Virus record (IMG/VR): IMGVR_UViG_3300025030_000021
Coordinates: 1-54,661 of that record
Source of the DNA: a virus
Lineage: Duplodnaviria; Caudoviricetes
Reading direction: 5' to 3' (one strand)
DNA: 54,661 nucleotides
Positions 45,306 through 53,840 of this stretch are shown here, piece after piece (position 1 is the first letter of the stretch; every line of letters starts with the position of its first letter). A program made the position numbers and the translations under genes. Under the pieces are notes generated by a model that was not told the origin of the DNA, did not search any database, and saw only the letters and a list, made by a program, of their open reading frames with translations.

Positions 45306-46741
45306 TATATATCTCCTTGTGCGTTGCGGTTGGTTAGTGTGCCGAGGCTTGGGCCTTCTGCGGCGAGTCGTTCACGGTTAAGTTCGATATCGAAGTCGCT
45401 CGGCGTCTCGCCTCTCCACCCCATAATTTCAAAGTACGACTCTTCGGAGAGCTTGCCGAGGGCGAGCGCCTTGTCGAGTGATGTCAAACCTGCATCCGAG
45501 CCTTTCGCAGCCCCAAAGTCGGTATTAATCGCAACGCTGCCCGCTTTCTTCGTATCAAGCCCCAGCATCTCCGCGAAGTATTGCAGCAGCAGTTCCAGCG
45601 CGTCAGAGTTGCATTCTGCTACCGCCTTCAAGCCAGCACACCCTTCCTCACTGTCGATAGCCGCAGCGGTCGCGGTCACGTTACCAGCACGCTCGACGCG
45701 AAGGGACGCGCCTGCGCTCTCGATGCGGGCTTCGATGTCCTTGAGGTAATCGCTGGCAATCTTGGCACCGGAACCGGATGGTGAGAGCCAGTAGAATTTC
45801 CCATCAGGCGCGACACATCGGGCTATCTTATTCGGGCCGACATCGCCAGACCAGTCCTCTTTAGTGACACCGGTTGCTGCCAGCATCTCAAAGCACGACA
45901 TGGTGACGGTGTTCTGCAACTCTGAAGTGACGCGCCAGTGGGCGAGGTTCAGCTCTGCGGTGGCCTGGAACGCTGGCTCACCTATCATGAAGCCCGTACG
46001 GTTGGTATAGAGCGCGATGAGGTAAATCTGTTTCATGGCGGTGATGTCTTCTTCGATCATCACCCACTCTTTGCCGTTCGCGGTCTCTTGCTCCTCCCAT
46101 ATCTGGTAGATAATGGAGCCATCCGGCCACCGCTCCAGCACGCGGATACGCTCTTGCTCGCGGTATCCCCACTTGCCATCAGGCACCTGAGTACATTCCT
46201 TGATGCGGATACGGGTAATCGTCCGCTTGCCGCCGATCATCTCGGAAACAACGGGGTCCAGCAGGCAGCACGCTTTGATGTGGACGGCATAGGGGCGAAG
46301 GTTGGCGGCGGTGCGGTCGGCTGCGGTGACGATCTTCTTGTCTGGCTTCTGCTCGTCGGCAAGGATGTATGTCACTCCGTCTGCCCACGCTGAGCGCGTG
46401 GCGTCCATAGCGAACGCGTTGAAGTCTCGCCCCTGGAGGTCGAAATCTTCCATCAGTGCGGCGATTTGGGGGGGAACGTCAGTGAGGGTGATCTGCTTGG
46501 CGAAGAGCTTACCGTTGGCTTTGTCGATAGCCTGCGCGGTGAAGGGGGTTAGCACGTTGCCAGCGAGACGCAGGTTATAATTCCCTCCTCCAATTTCCCC
46601 GGGGTGCTCCGGTAGCCACTTGCGGCCAGCGCGTTTCATGGCAGGAGTCCCGCCGAGGAGGTCGCGGGTTAAGGCTCGCCTCTCTTCCAACTCTATGTAT
46701 ACAGGACTCGGCGTGCTGACATCTATCTTCTGTTCTGCCAT
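45305..46741 (-). CDS. Portal protein (DUF4055-like)
   Basis: RDLLGGT.AMK.AG..WLP...E....Y..RL; follows the terminase. Confidence 0.9.
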   Translation of the reverse strand: MAEQKIDVSTPSPVYIELEERRALTRDLLGGTPAMKRAGRKWLPEHPGEIGGGNYNLRLAGNVLTPFTAQAIDKANGKLFAKQITLTDVPPQIAALMEDFDLQGRDFNAFAMDATRSAWADGVTYILADEQKPDKKIVTAADRTAANLRPYAVHIKACCLLDPVVSEMIGGKRTITRIRIKECTQVPDGKWGYREQERIRVLERWPDGSIIYQIWEEQETANGKEWVMIEEDITAMKQIYLIALYTNRTGFMIGEPAFQATAELNLAHWRVTSELQNTVTMSCFEMLAATGVTKEDWSGDVGPNKIARCVAPDGKFYWLSPSGSGAKIASDYLKDIEARIESAGASLRVERAGNVTATAAAIDSEEGCAGLKAVAECNSDALELLLQYFAEMLGLDTKKAGSVAINTDFGAAKGSDAGLTSLDKALALGKLSEESYFEIMGWRGETPSDFDIELNRERLAAEGPSLGTLTNRNAQGDI

Positions 46742-46783
46742 ATTGGGCGCTCCTGCCATCGCGGCGGTGCTGGTTGGATTGTG

Positions 46784-46999
46784 TTACGGGGCCTTCGGTA
46801 GCTCTTGCCAATGCGTCACGTTTTTACCGATACTGCCGCCTGAAGATCCTGCGATAGACCACCTTAATATGCCTTCGCTGCTTCGCCAGCAGTGGCCGAC
46901 ATCCATATCATCTCCGGCACGCCATGAAGGGTAAACCAATATATCCGTGTCGATAGGTGGCGGCGAAACATCTACTCTCTTCCATCCAGGCAACCCCAT
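46784..46999 (-). CDS. DUF551-like small protein
   Basis: W.....PP...VTHWQELP.AP. Confidence 0.75.
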   Translation of the reverse strand: MGLPGWKRVDVSPPPIDTDILVYPSWRAGDDMDVGHCWRSSEGILRWSIAGSSGGSIGKNVTHWQELPKAP

Positions 47000-47009
47000 C
47001 TTCCCCCCC

Positions 47010-48413
47010 CTACCACATGTGCTCGATGGACGCGGTTTTCTTGACTACTCCGATTCGATATCTCGTTGCGTCTCCGGCATGATCCTCGCTGGAGGTATCG
47101 ACATCATCCGGCTTCTTCTCGTCCCGCGCTAAAGTTGGCACCGTTCTGAGCCATTGACGGCAGTGGTTAAATACGAATAGCCCCGCGTCTTCCATTGGGC
47201 TTTGCTTACTAGCCGATATCCGCCCACGTAGCAATTCCCACCCGTTGATTCGGCTTCCAGGCGACTTGTCGCACCGCTCCCACCTTATCCCCTGCGCCGA
47301 CATGTTATCGGCTATGCAGTGGCCGTCTTGCGTGTCGAATATGCTATTATCGGCGGGTCCGGGGCGCACTTTGCAATCTAACAGCGCCTCGCGTTCTTTT
47401 ATGCCCTTGGCAACATCGCCAGCGAGCATCTTTAGCCCTTCATTCGGCTTGCCGTTCCATCCGTACCATTCGCTGATTAGAAAGAGCGTCCCGCGTGCAA
47501 AGTTGCGTCTACTCCCATCCTTTAGCGTTACCTCTGTGCCGTCTGATTCAGCCCACCACAGCACGGAAAAGGGTTTGGACGATCCCCAGTCAAACGAGCG
47601 GTCAACGCGCCACGTCTTCGGGATCTCAAACGGGGTGAGTATGTGCGTCCTATCACTCCACAGGTCATCAAACATGCCGCCGTCAACAATGTTCCAATCA
47701 CCGGAGCGCATGGCCTTGACGAGCGCGGGATTGCCTAGCCCTTCCAGCCGGTTCATGTATTCGGGGTCTTCGTCAAGAAGCGTCGGGTTATCGTCCATCT
47801 TGGCGGGGATATACTGCCGAAGCATCCCGCCCTCTTCCTTCGGTTGCCGCGTGACAGTCATCGGACCATGGTCAACGAACGCGGCCTTTACCCAATGATG
47901 CCCAGCGCCGCCGGGGTTACTGCCACATATGACGCGGGGGAACTTGCCCTTGTACTTCGCCGGTAAGTTTAAACCCGCCATACGGACACGACCGCGCAAA
48001 TAGCGGTATATTGAGTCGGTAAAGTGGGTCAGTTCGTCAATCAGCAGGACGTGTATCTCTGCGCCTTGGTACTTGTACTTATCTTTCTCATACTGGCAAT
48101 GGCAAAGGAATATCTTAGAGCCATTCCAAAACTCAATGGTGTTATCGCCGCCGTTTATCTTGACGAACTTCTTAGACACCCAATCCGATAGCATGACAGG
48201 GAAACTTGACGGGCCTTCCATGTGGTTCTTATTCAAGTCGCCGCTGATTCGCCGAAAAAGGTAAATCTGTAAGCCGGGGATTGCGTAGCACCATGACACT
48301 GCCGCCACTCGCATAAGGTGAGATTTCCCGCCGCCAGCCGCCCCGCCATAGAGCATTTCCGTGGCGATACTCTCGAAAGCCTTATGCTGTTGAGGGTGGA
48401 GGGTCAGATCCAT
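47010..48413 (-). CDS. terL: Terminase large subunit
   Basis: YGGAAGGGKS, LLIDELTHF, SNPGG, FDWGSSKPFSV and EDHAGDATRY motifs. Confidence 0.95.
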   Translation of the reverse strand: MDLTLHPQQHKAFESIATEMLYGGAAGGGKSHLMRVAAVSWCYAIPGLQIYLFRRISGDLNKNHMEGPSSFPVMLSDWVSKKFVKINGGDNTIEFWNGSKIFLCHCQYEKDKYKYQGAEIHVLLIDELTHFTDSIYRYLRGRVRMAGLNLPAKYKGKFPRVICGSNPGGAGHHWVKAAFVDHGPMTVTRQPKEEGGMLRQYIPAKMDDNPTLLDEDPEYMNRLEGLGNPALVKAMRSGDWNIVDGGMFDDLWSDRTHILTPFEIPKTWRVDRSFDWGSSKPFSVLWWAESDGTEVTLKDGSRRNFARGTLFLISEWYGWNGKPNEGLKMLAGDVAKGIKEREALLDCKVRPGPADNSIFDTQDGHCIADNMSAQGIRWERCDKSPGSRINGWELLRGRISASKQSPMEDAGLFVFNHCRQWLRTVPTLARDEKKPDDVDTSSEDHAGDATRYRIGVVKKTASIEHMW

Positions 48414-48921
48414 CTAGCACTCCGTTAACGTAGACATTCAACTCTGGCGTGCCGATTGACCCGCTGTGCTTCGTGTCCACCTCTTGCTTATCGCGCCAAT
48501 CATCGGGGAAGCGGTTGGTAACTTGGAGCCGGTAGGCGTTAGCGTTAAACTCGCGACTCCAGATGCCCATGTTGCCCTGAGACTCCCACCACGCAAGGGC
48601 TAGCTCCCGAGCGCGTAGCATGGCGTGACAAAAGTCAACATGCTCATCACACCATCTATCGAGCGTGACCCGCGCCACATCTATCTCCGCGTGTGCTGCT
48701 ATCATCGCCTTACTGTAGCCTTGTCGCCCCAGATCAACCACAATGTGACACATCTCTGGGCGGTAATCCGTGGGCCTACCGAAAGGTTCACCCGCAAGCG
48801 TTAGCGCCTTTGCTCCCGGCAGTGTGCATTTGCCAGTGAGCGGGGTAGACTTCGGCTTATCAATGGTAACTTCTACCATCTCCGTTTCTTCCCCCTGCGC
48901 TGCTTTCCCCTTCTTCGCCAT
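48382..48921 (-). CDS. terS: Terminase small subunit
   Basis: GRPTDY.PE, HTH and NRFPDDWRDKQEV; overlaps terL. Confidence 0.85.
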   Translation of the reverse strand: MAKKGKAAQGEETEMVEVTIDKPKSTPLTGKCTLPGAKALTLAGEPFGRPTDYRPEMCHIVVDLGRQGYSKAMIAAHAEIDVARVTLDRWCDEHVDFCHAMLRARELALAWWESQGNMGIWSREFNANAYRLQVTNRFPDDWRDKQEVDTKHSGSIGTPELNVYVNGVLDGSDPPPSTA

Positions 48922-48929
48922 ATCCGCCC

Positions 48930-49232
48930 TTACTCGTATTCAGCCGATGTGAGCGCCTGGTGCAACAGCCCCGCTAGCGCGTCCACGAATCCCTCGTTAT
49001 CGTTAAGCTGCCCCTGCTCTGTGTGATATATGCACATGTGGACGAGTTCGTGAATGAACGTGTGCTCAAGGCTACTCTGCGTTATCGGGTGTGAAGGAGA
49101 CGGCGGGACAAGTTTAATCCACTTCGCCTCAAAGCTGCATGACCCGAAGGAATTGCGCTCATAGAACCTCTCGGGGTCCTCTTTTACCTCTACCGTGTGG
49201 CCGAGTAGCTTAAATCTTTTAGGAATCAACAT
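48930..49232 (-). CDS. HExxH metallopeptidase-like protein
   Basis: TFIHELVH...E.FVD. Confidence 0.7.
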   Translation of the reverse strand: MLIPKRFKLLGHTVEVKEDPERFYERNSFGSCSFEAKWIKLVPPSPSHPITQSSLEHTFIHELVHMCIYHTEQGQLNDNEGFVDALAGLLHQALTSAEYE

Positions 49233-49791
49233 GTTGCGTATCCCTCGTTTTAATTACGGCGGCGCATAATTCAAAGAATCGGTCTTCACTGAAAACGCTT
49301 TCCATCCTATTGATATCTTTATGCACCCATTGTAAGTTTTCCAGAGTGTAACCGGCATCACTGTCTATGCGATCTAGTGATGCGGTGAACTTACGGCTAT
49401 ATGTCCCTTTCGCTTGTATATCCATACCAGAAAGTTTGCATTTATAGCTTTGCTTTCCTAGCAGGTCGGATATATCTTCAATGGTTAAATTATCATCAAA
49501 AGGTATCTTTCTCACTCTTGCAGATTTTTTTATATTCGTCCAATGGCCAAGACCTATATTATCGGTCCCTTCCCACCCCGGATTTCCAGGGCCTCGCTGC
49601 TTAGATATGCACCCGCATGATTTTATTCTCACAAAAGATGATGCCATTACATCTCTAACACTGCCGCAGTGGCATTTAACGACCCATAGCGCATGGTTAT
49701 GTTTGTCTTTATGGGTGCTTCGCCCTAAAGCAGTACATCCATTTACCACCATCCCCGTAATATCCCCGTATCTACGCCTGGTATTTTTCAC
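49219..49791 (-). CDS. HNH homing-endonuclease-like protein
   Basis: W..KCHCG...KSCGC N-terminus; SLDRIDS..GY..EN.QWVHK.IN; lower GC. Confidence 0.85.
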   Translation of the reverse strand: MKNTRRRYGDITGMVVNGCTALGRSTHKDKHNHALWVVKCHCGSVRDVMASSFVRIKSCGCISKQRGPGNPGWEGTDNIGLGHWTNIKKSARVRKIPFDDNLTIEDISDLLGKQSYKCKLSGMDIQAKGTYSRKFTASLDRIDSDAGYTLENLQWVHKDINRMESVFSEDRFFELCAAVIKTRDTQHVDS

Positions 49792-49912
49792 TCGGCTACC
49801 TTCGCGGGCTTCCCCGGCTTCGCCGCTGCCACTAATACCGCCGCGCTTCCGCGCAATACCTGGCTAAGTTGCCCTAGCGCCCAAAGTTCCCCGGTGTTTG
49901 ACATGGTTACAT

Positions 49913-50125
49913 CTATCCCGCTTTCACGCGCTCTTGCCTCCCAAATACAAACCTAACAACTTGCCAAACAATGCGCACCTTGTGTATGAAGGTGGTGTTC
50001 TGCACTCCAACGAAATGGAAATTAGACAGCGATAACCCCTGCACTCCCTCCATATAGATAGCCTGCGGGTTACGCGTGACAATGAGGTTACCCGCAGCAT
50101 CAATACTGTTTCCCACGAAACGCAT
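49913..50125 (-). CDS. Hypothetical protein
   Basis: AGGGGG RBS before MRFVGN. Confidence 0.55.
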   Translation of the reverse strand: MRFVGNSIDAAGNLIVTRNPQAIYMEGVQGLSLSNFHFVGVQNTTFIHKVRIVWQVVRFVFGRQERVKAG

Positions 50126-50134
50126 ATTTCCCCC

Positions 50135-50525
50135 TAAGTTAAATCGCGCCCCCACTCCGTGGCCTGTTCGCATCACCCGCGATTAGCCTTTATGCCACGC
50201 GAGCGAGGGGGCAAACTATTCCCGTTGACCTAGTTTCCAATACGACCGCACGGGAGAGGTAGTCGCGTAAGGGCTCTTTTTTGGGCAGTGAGCATCTACC
50301 GCCTCCATAAGGAGGTCTTCCAAACCCGATGCCTATAAGCTGAGATTAAGCAGCAGGGCAGAGCGGGAACTCAATAAGGTATCCCGATATTAGCGTCGGG
50401 AGTCGCGCCTTGCTACATAGCCGACCCTTGACCCGTGGGAGCAGGATACTCGACCAGTGGGAGGGCGACACCCCGCAGGAGGGCCGCTGGGCTAGCGTTA
50501 TACGCTATGTTGATTTCTCAACTTG
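50135..50525 (-). ncRNA. Putative long structured RNA / leader upstream of the packaging operon
   Basis: Follows a strong promoter; no credible ORF; many hairpins including a GAAA tetraloop. Confidence 0.55.
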
Positions 50526-50529
50526 CCCC

Positions 50530-50580
50530 ACGGTACACTAAAACACCCACTATGTCAAGTGGATTCTTTTCGGAGTTAAG
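50530..50580 (-). promoter_or_regulatory. Sigma70 promoter with operator
   Basis: TTGACA-N17-TACCGT; operator at 50566..50580. Confidence 0.65.
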
Positions 50581-50707
50581 TAAACCGGCGCGTGCATTCC
50601 AGTATGGCGCAAAACCATCCGGCTGCGGCCGAGAAGTTGCGGTTCATTGCCGCTCATCCCAGATTTACCCCAAACAGCACCATTATTGCCACATCCCATC
50701 CGTCCAT
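50576..50707 (-). pseudogene. Small membrane-protein gene interrupted by an in-frame TGA
   Basis: MDGWDVAIMVLFGVNLG*AAMNRNFSAAAGWFCAILECTRRFT; AGGAGG RBS. Confidence 0.5.
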
Positions 50708-50782
50708 ACTATCCCCTCCTAAGTTTGCAACCACAGCGGCTGCGCCGACTCCTGTACTCCGTGCCAATCCTCCGCCGCGCTC

Positions 50783-50917
50783 CTAACGTGTATCGGGGCT
50801 CCACCCTATTCTGCGCTGTGCGGTCTTGCCGCATTTACGGCAAACTCTATGCTCTAAAAAAATATCCCCGAATGTAAACCTCCCGCCCCATGCCGCCCAT
50901 CTGTGCCAGCAAAACAT
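50783..50917 (-). CDS. Small Zn-ribbon protein (DUF1660-like, 44 aa; not in ORF track)
   Basis: MFCWHRW...RVCRKCGK; AAGGAG RBS. Confidence 0.55.
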   Translation of the reverse strand: MFCWHRWAAWGGRFTFGDIFLEHRVCRKCGKTAQRRIGWSPDTR

Positions 50918-50923
50918 ATCTAT

Positions 50924-52840
50924 CTACTCCTTAAAAAATGGTATCCCGAGCTGGTGAGTGATGAGCTTCGACCCCCACAAAACCTTGCCGTGAATGATCG
51001 GGACGAACTGTAAATGATACTGTTTCCCCTCGTTCTCAAATGTTGCCACTCCCATCCCATGCTGCCAGTTCGCAACATCATCCTCGATGTACTCGGGGCT
51101 AAGGTCGCACCCGCACCCGCCCTCTATCCACACGTAAGAGCCGCCGCGCACTGTGCGGTAAAAGGCTCCACCTCGATGAGTATTCAGAGTTACCGTCACC
51201 TTGCCGTTGCGCCTAACTAGAACCGTGCCGTTATCTACGCTGACACACCAAACCTTGCCGCTATAGTTCTCCACAGTGATATTCTTTTTCCCAACCCTGC
51301 ACATGCTTCTAGTGTTGACCGTCAGCACAAAAGTAGATTGGTTCAAAATTTTGGATGATCTGTATCCGTTCCTAGCAAACATTTCCTGCAAGATGTCTAT
51401 CTCTGATTCCTTATTACTGCATATCTGATAGCTGTTCGCAGCCGATGAATTTTTGCACCCATCAGTTATAGAGTATTCGTCTAGCGCGACACTGACAAGT
51501 TCCGATGTCAAGTTTGCGAACCATGCCGGAAGCTGTTTTACTTGTCCGATTATGTTAGTATATTTTTTTGAGGATTCACAACTGACCCGTATTTTAGTTG
51601 TGCCTTTATCACCTTTTGAGCTTACACTGTAAGTCATCCCGAGTGTGTCCAACAATCCTATGAGGTGCGATATTTTCCTTTCCTTTTTCATGTGCCATCG
51701 TATCGCGTTGCCCTCGTAATGGCCGTCTGTGACAATATTTATAATCAGTCGTACCACGTTTTCATCAAGGTCAATGTTTTGTTCGTTGGGATTTGATTTT
51801 GCGCTGTTGTAGAACAACATTTCCCTGCCTGTGTTTATTATTTCTTGAGCTTCTGCTTCCTTTTGCTTGCCTCGCTTAGTCTCAAAAATAAGCCCGTGCT
51901 TATCGGTTACCATTAGGTCCACGGTTGTAGTCTTAATTTTGTGCAATTGGCGGTAATCGGCGTATTGGTGGAATTCGTTAATTCCGTTCCACTCAAACTG
52001 CCAAGATTTTTTGTTCATGGTGCCAACTTCATCTGCGGCAACTAAATCAAAGCCTTTGACCCACCCGCGCTTAGTCAGTATTTCAGTTTCTTCGTCAAAG
52101 CAATGGCCCGACATGCCGCTAGTCCCTTCCCGCGTATATTCAGCATTTGCGGTATAGGCTGATTGCTGGCGCACTATATGACCATGCTTGAACAGAGCGC
52201 CCTTGTACTGATAGTTTGGAGCGTAGCTGATATTTAACTCTTGGAGCCGGAACAGGTTAGGCAATTCCAGCGCCCTAATGCCATGCAGCGCCGTTGCGTT
52301 GCTCCAGAGGTATCTTTGCAGCCGGTCGGTATGGTTGGATTTCAATAGGCGGATTGTAGCGTCGGGGCAATACCCCCTTAGCCGCTTCATCAACTTAAAC
52401 GTTTCGTCTATCTCGTCCTGCAACTGGTGCGCCCTGGATGGATTCTTGTTGAACTTGGAAAGCGCGTAAAAGTCATGCAGTTCGTGAAGGATGATTTCGT
52501 TCGGTTGGATATGGCGGCAGAATTGGAGTTGGCAGTCAACCGCTTTCGCATCATGGTACGGGACATGCCAGTCATGCAGCGAGACGATGGTGTGATACCC
52601 TGCCACGGCTTCCGGCGCTGTAGAACTTTGCACAATATTTGTTGATTTATCTACAGCCTTCGCCCCCATCTTCGGCACCCACCCCGGCTCCCCCTCCCTC
52701 GGCATCTGGAAGACCATGCGGTTTGCCTTTATCACCCTCTGCGCCATGGAGGTTGTGCAACCTGCGGCCTTCGACAACTTATCTCTGCCAAAGGTGGGAT
52801 TCTGCGCGAATACGGATTCAGCGTGTTGGCGGGGGGTCAT
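50924..52840 (-). CDS. Calcineurin-like metallophosphoesterase with N-terminal HTH, interrupted by an intein
   Basis: DWH, SNH.D, HGH and split GH|TH motifs; ATGA-coupled start at MTPRQ. Confidence 0.85.
   Translation of the reverse strand: MTPRQHAESVFAQNPTFGRDKLSKAAGCTTSMAQRVIKANRMVFQMPREGEPGWVPKMGAKAVDKSTNIVQSSTAPEAVAGYHTIVSLHDWHVPYHDAKAVDCQLQFCRHIQPNEIILHELHDFYALSKFNKNPSRAHQLQDEIDETFKLMKRLRGYCPDATIRLLKSNHTDRLQRYLWSNATALHGIRALELPNLFRLQELNISYAPNYQYKGALFKHGHIVRQQSAYTANAEYTREGTSGMSGHCFDEETEILTKRGWVKGFDLVAADEVGTMNKKSWQFEWNGINEFHQYADYRQLHKIKTTTVDLMVTDKHGLIFETKRGKQKEAEAQEIINTGREMLFYNSAKSNPNEQNIDLDENVVRLIINIVTDGHYEGNAIRWHMKKERKISHLIGLLDTLGMTYSVSSKGDKGTTKIRVSCESSKKYTNIIGQVKQLPAWFANLTSELVSVALDEYSITDGCKNSSAANSYQICSNKESEIDILQEMFARNGYRSSKILNQSTFVLTVNTRSMCRVGKKNITVENYSGKVWCVSVDNGTVLVRRNGKVTVTLNTHRGGAFYRTVRGGSYVWIEGGCGCDLSPEYIEDDVANWQHGMGVATFENEGKQYHLQFVPIIHGKVLWGSKLITHQLGIPFFKE
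51182..52102 (-). mobile_element. Intein (307 aa) with LAGLIDADG-type endonuclease
   Basis: Starts CFDEETEILTKRGW; block B VTDKH; IVTDG and YSITDG helices; ends VWCVSV.NG....RRNGK..VTLN; +1 Thr; lower GC. Confidence 0.93.
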
Positions 52841-53016
52841 GCCCATATCCGGTAGAGAGTGGCACCAATACACCCGACAATAGAAGCAGCGCAAGTTACT
52901 AAAACCAGTATGAGCATTGGCAGATTGAAGTCATCTGATTCGTGTGTCGCGATTATCCGTACCGAAATCAGAAAAAATATAAGTGACGTGAGAAATATTT
53001 TAATTTCCAGATCCAT
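52837..53016 (-). CDS. Small two-TM membrane protein (59 aa; not in ORF track)
   Basis: MDLEIKIFLTSLIFFLISV...MLILVLVTCAASIVGCIGATLYRIWA; promoter at 53044..53072 and RBS. Confidence 0.6.
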   Translation of the reverse strand: MDLEIKIFLTSLIFFLISVRIIATHESDDFNLPMLILVLVTCAASIVGCIGATLYRIWA

Positions 53017-53043
53017 AATCCCCCCTAGTTAGCTAACGCGCCC

Positions 53044-53092
53044 ACGGTAGCCTAAAAACATTGCAATGTCAAGTAAACTTATCTCAGTCAAG
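53044..53092 (-). promoter_or_regulatory. Sigma70 promoter with operator
   Basis: TTGACA-N17-TACCGT; operator CTTATCTCAGTCAAG at 53078..53092. Confidence 0.7.
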
Positions 53093-53407
53093 TCACGGGG
53101 CGAGCCAAGGACGCGATTTGAACTTTGCGTACCATGCGGCCTGCGTGTCCAATATCGCCGCTTCGGGGTCAACCTCCCACCATGCCCATATCATCCGCCC
53201 CTGACTGCCGTGCTGCCGCATGTCGTGGTGGACTCGGCATAAAGGCAATGTTCTCTCGTCGCTGGGGCGCGTTCCTATTCCTCCCTGGCCCTCGGCTTGC
53301 TCGTGATGGGGATCATCGGCAGGGAATTGGCATACGCAGCACGGGAGGGATTTTACATAGTCAAGGTATTTACGGGACCGCCACACTGTCGGCTTCGGGA
53401 ACATCAT
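53093..53407 (-). CDS. DUF968-like HNH-type Zn-binding nuclease
   Basis: KYLDYVKSLPCCVC..PADDPHH...G.G...SD...LPLCR.HH. Confidence 0.8.
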   Translation of the reverse strand: MMFPKPTVWRSRKYLDYVKSLPCCVCQFPADDPHHEQAEGQGGIGTRPSDERTLPLCRVHHDMRQHGSQGRMIWAWWEVDPEAAILDTQAAWYAKFKSRPWLAP

Positions 53408-53682
53408 GATATCACCCGCCAAAATTCGCAGTTTTCCTTCTTCCGGCCCGGCATGGCGTGCGTGCAGTCGTGGTAATCGCCGGTATCCATAACGCACCCA
53501 TCGGGCGGCTCTCCGGCCATTAGGTCGCAATGGCATCCGAACACTTCCGGCACGAGCAATTTTCTTGCCGCTTGGAGATGTGCGATTAGCGCGTTTAGCC
53601 GCTCTAGCACAAAAACATGTGTGCCAGACCCGCATATAACAACCTCCACCCTGTTATCTTCCAGCAATCTTGGTTCTCTCAT
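53404..53682 (-). CDS. Hypothetical protein with C-terminal GCHC Cys-rich domain
   Basis: VPEVFGCHCDL..GE..DGCV.D.....DC...CEFW. Confidence 0.65.
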   Translation of the reverse strand: MREPRLLEDNRVEVVICGSGTHVFVLERLNALIAHLQAARKLLVPEVFGCHCDLMAGEPPDGCVMDTGDYHDCTHAMPGRKKENCEFWRVIS

Positions 53683-53840
53683 TTACTTACCCCCATCGCC
53701 CTAAATAGCTCGTCTATGCCACCCTTCGCCGGATTAGCACACTTCCCGCACATACACACGATGTCATTTCGCAGCTTCGCGTCACGGATCACGCCGAGAT
53801 ACGCGCGGCACTTGTGGCAATATATGGCGCGGTCGCTCAT
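53679..53840 (-). CDS. Small Zn-ribbon protein (53 aa; not in ORF track)
   Basis: YCHKC...MCGKC; ATGA coupling at both ends. Confidence 0.6.
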   Translation of the reverse strand: MSDRAIYCHKCRAYLGVIRDAKLRNDIVCMCGKCANPAKGGIDELFRAMGVSK

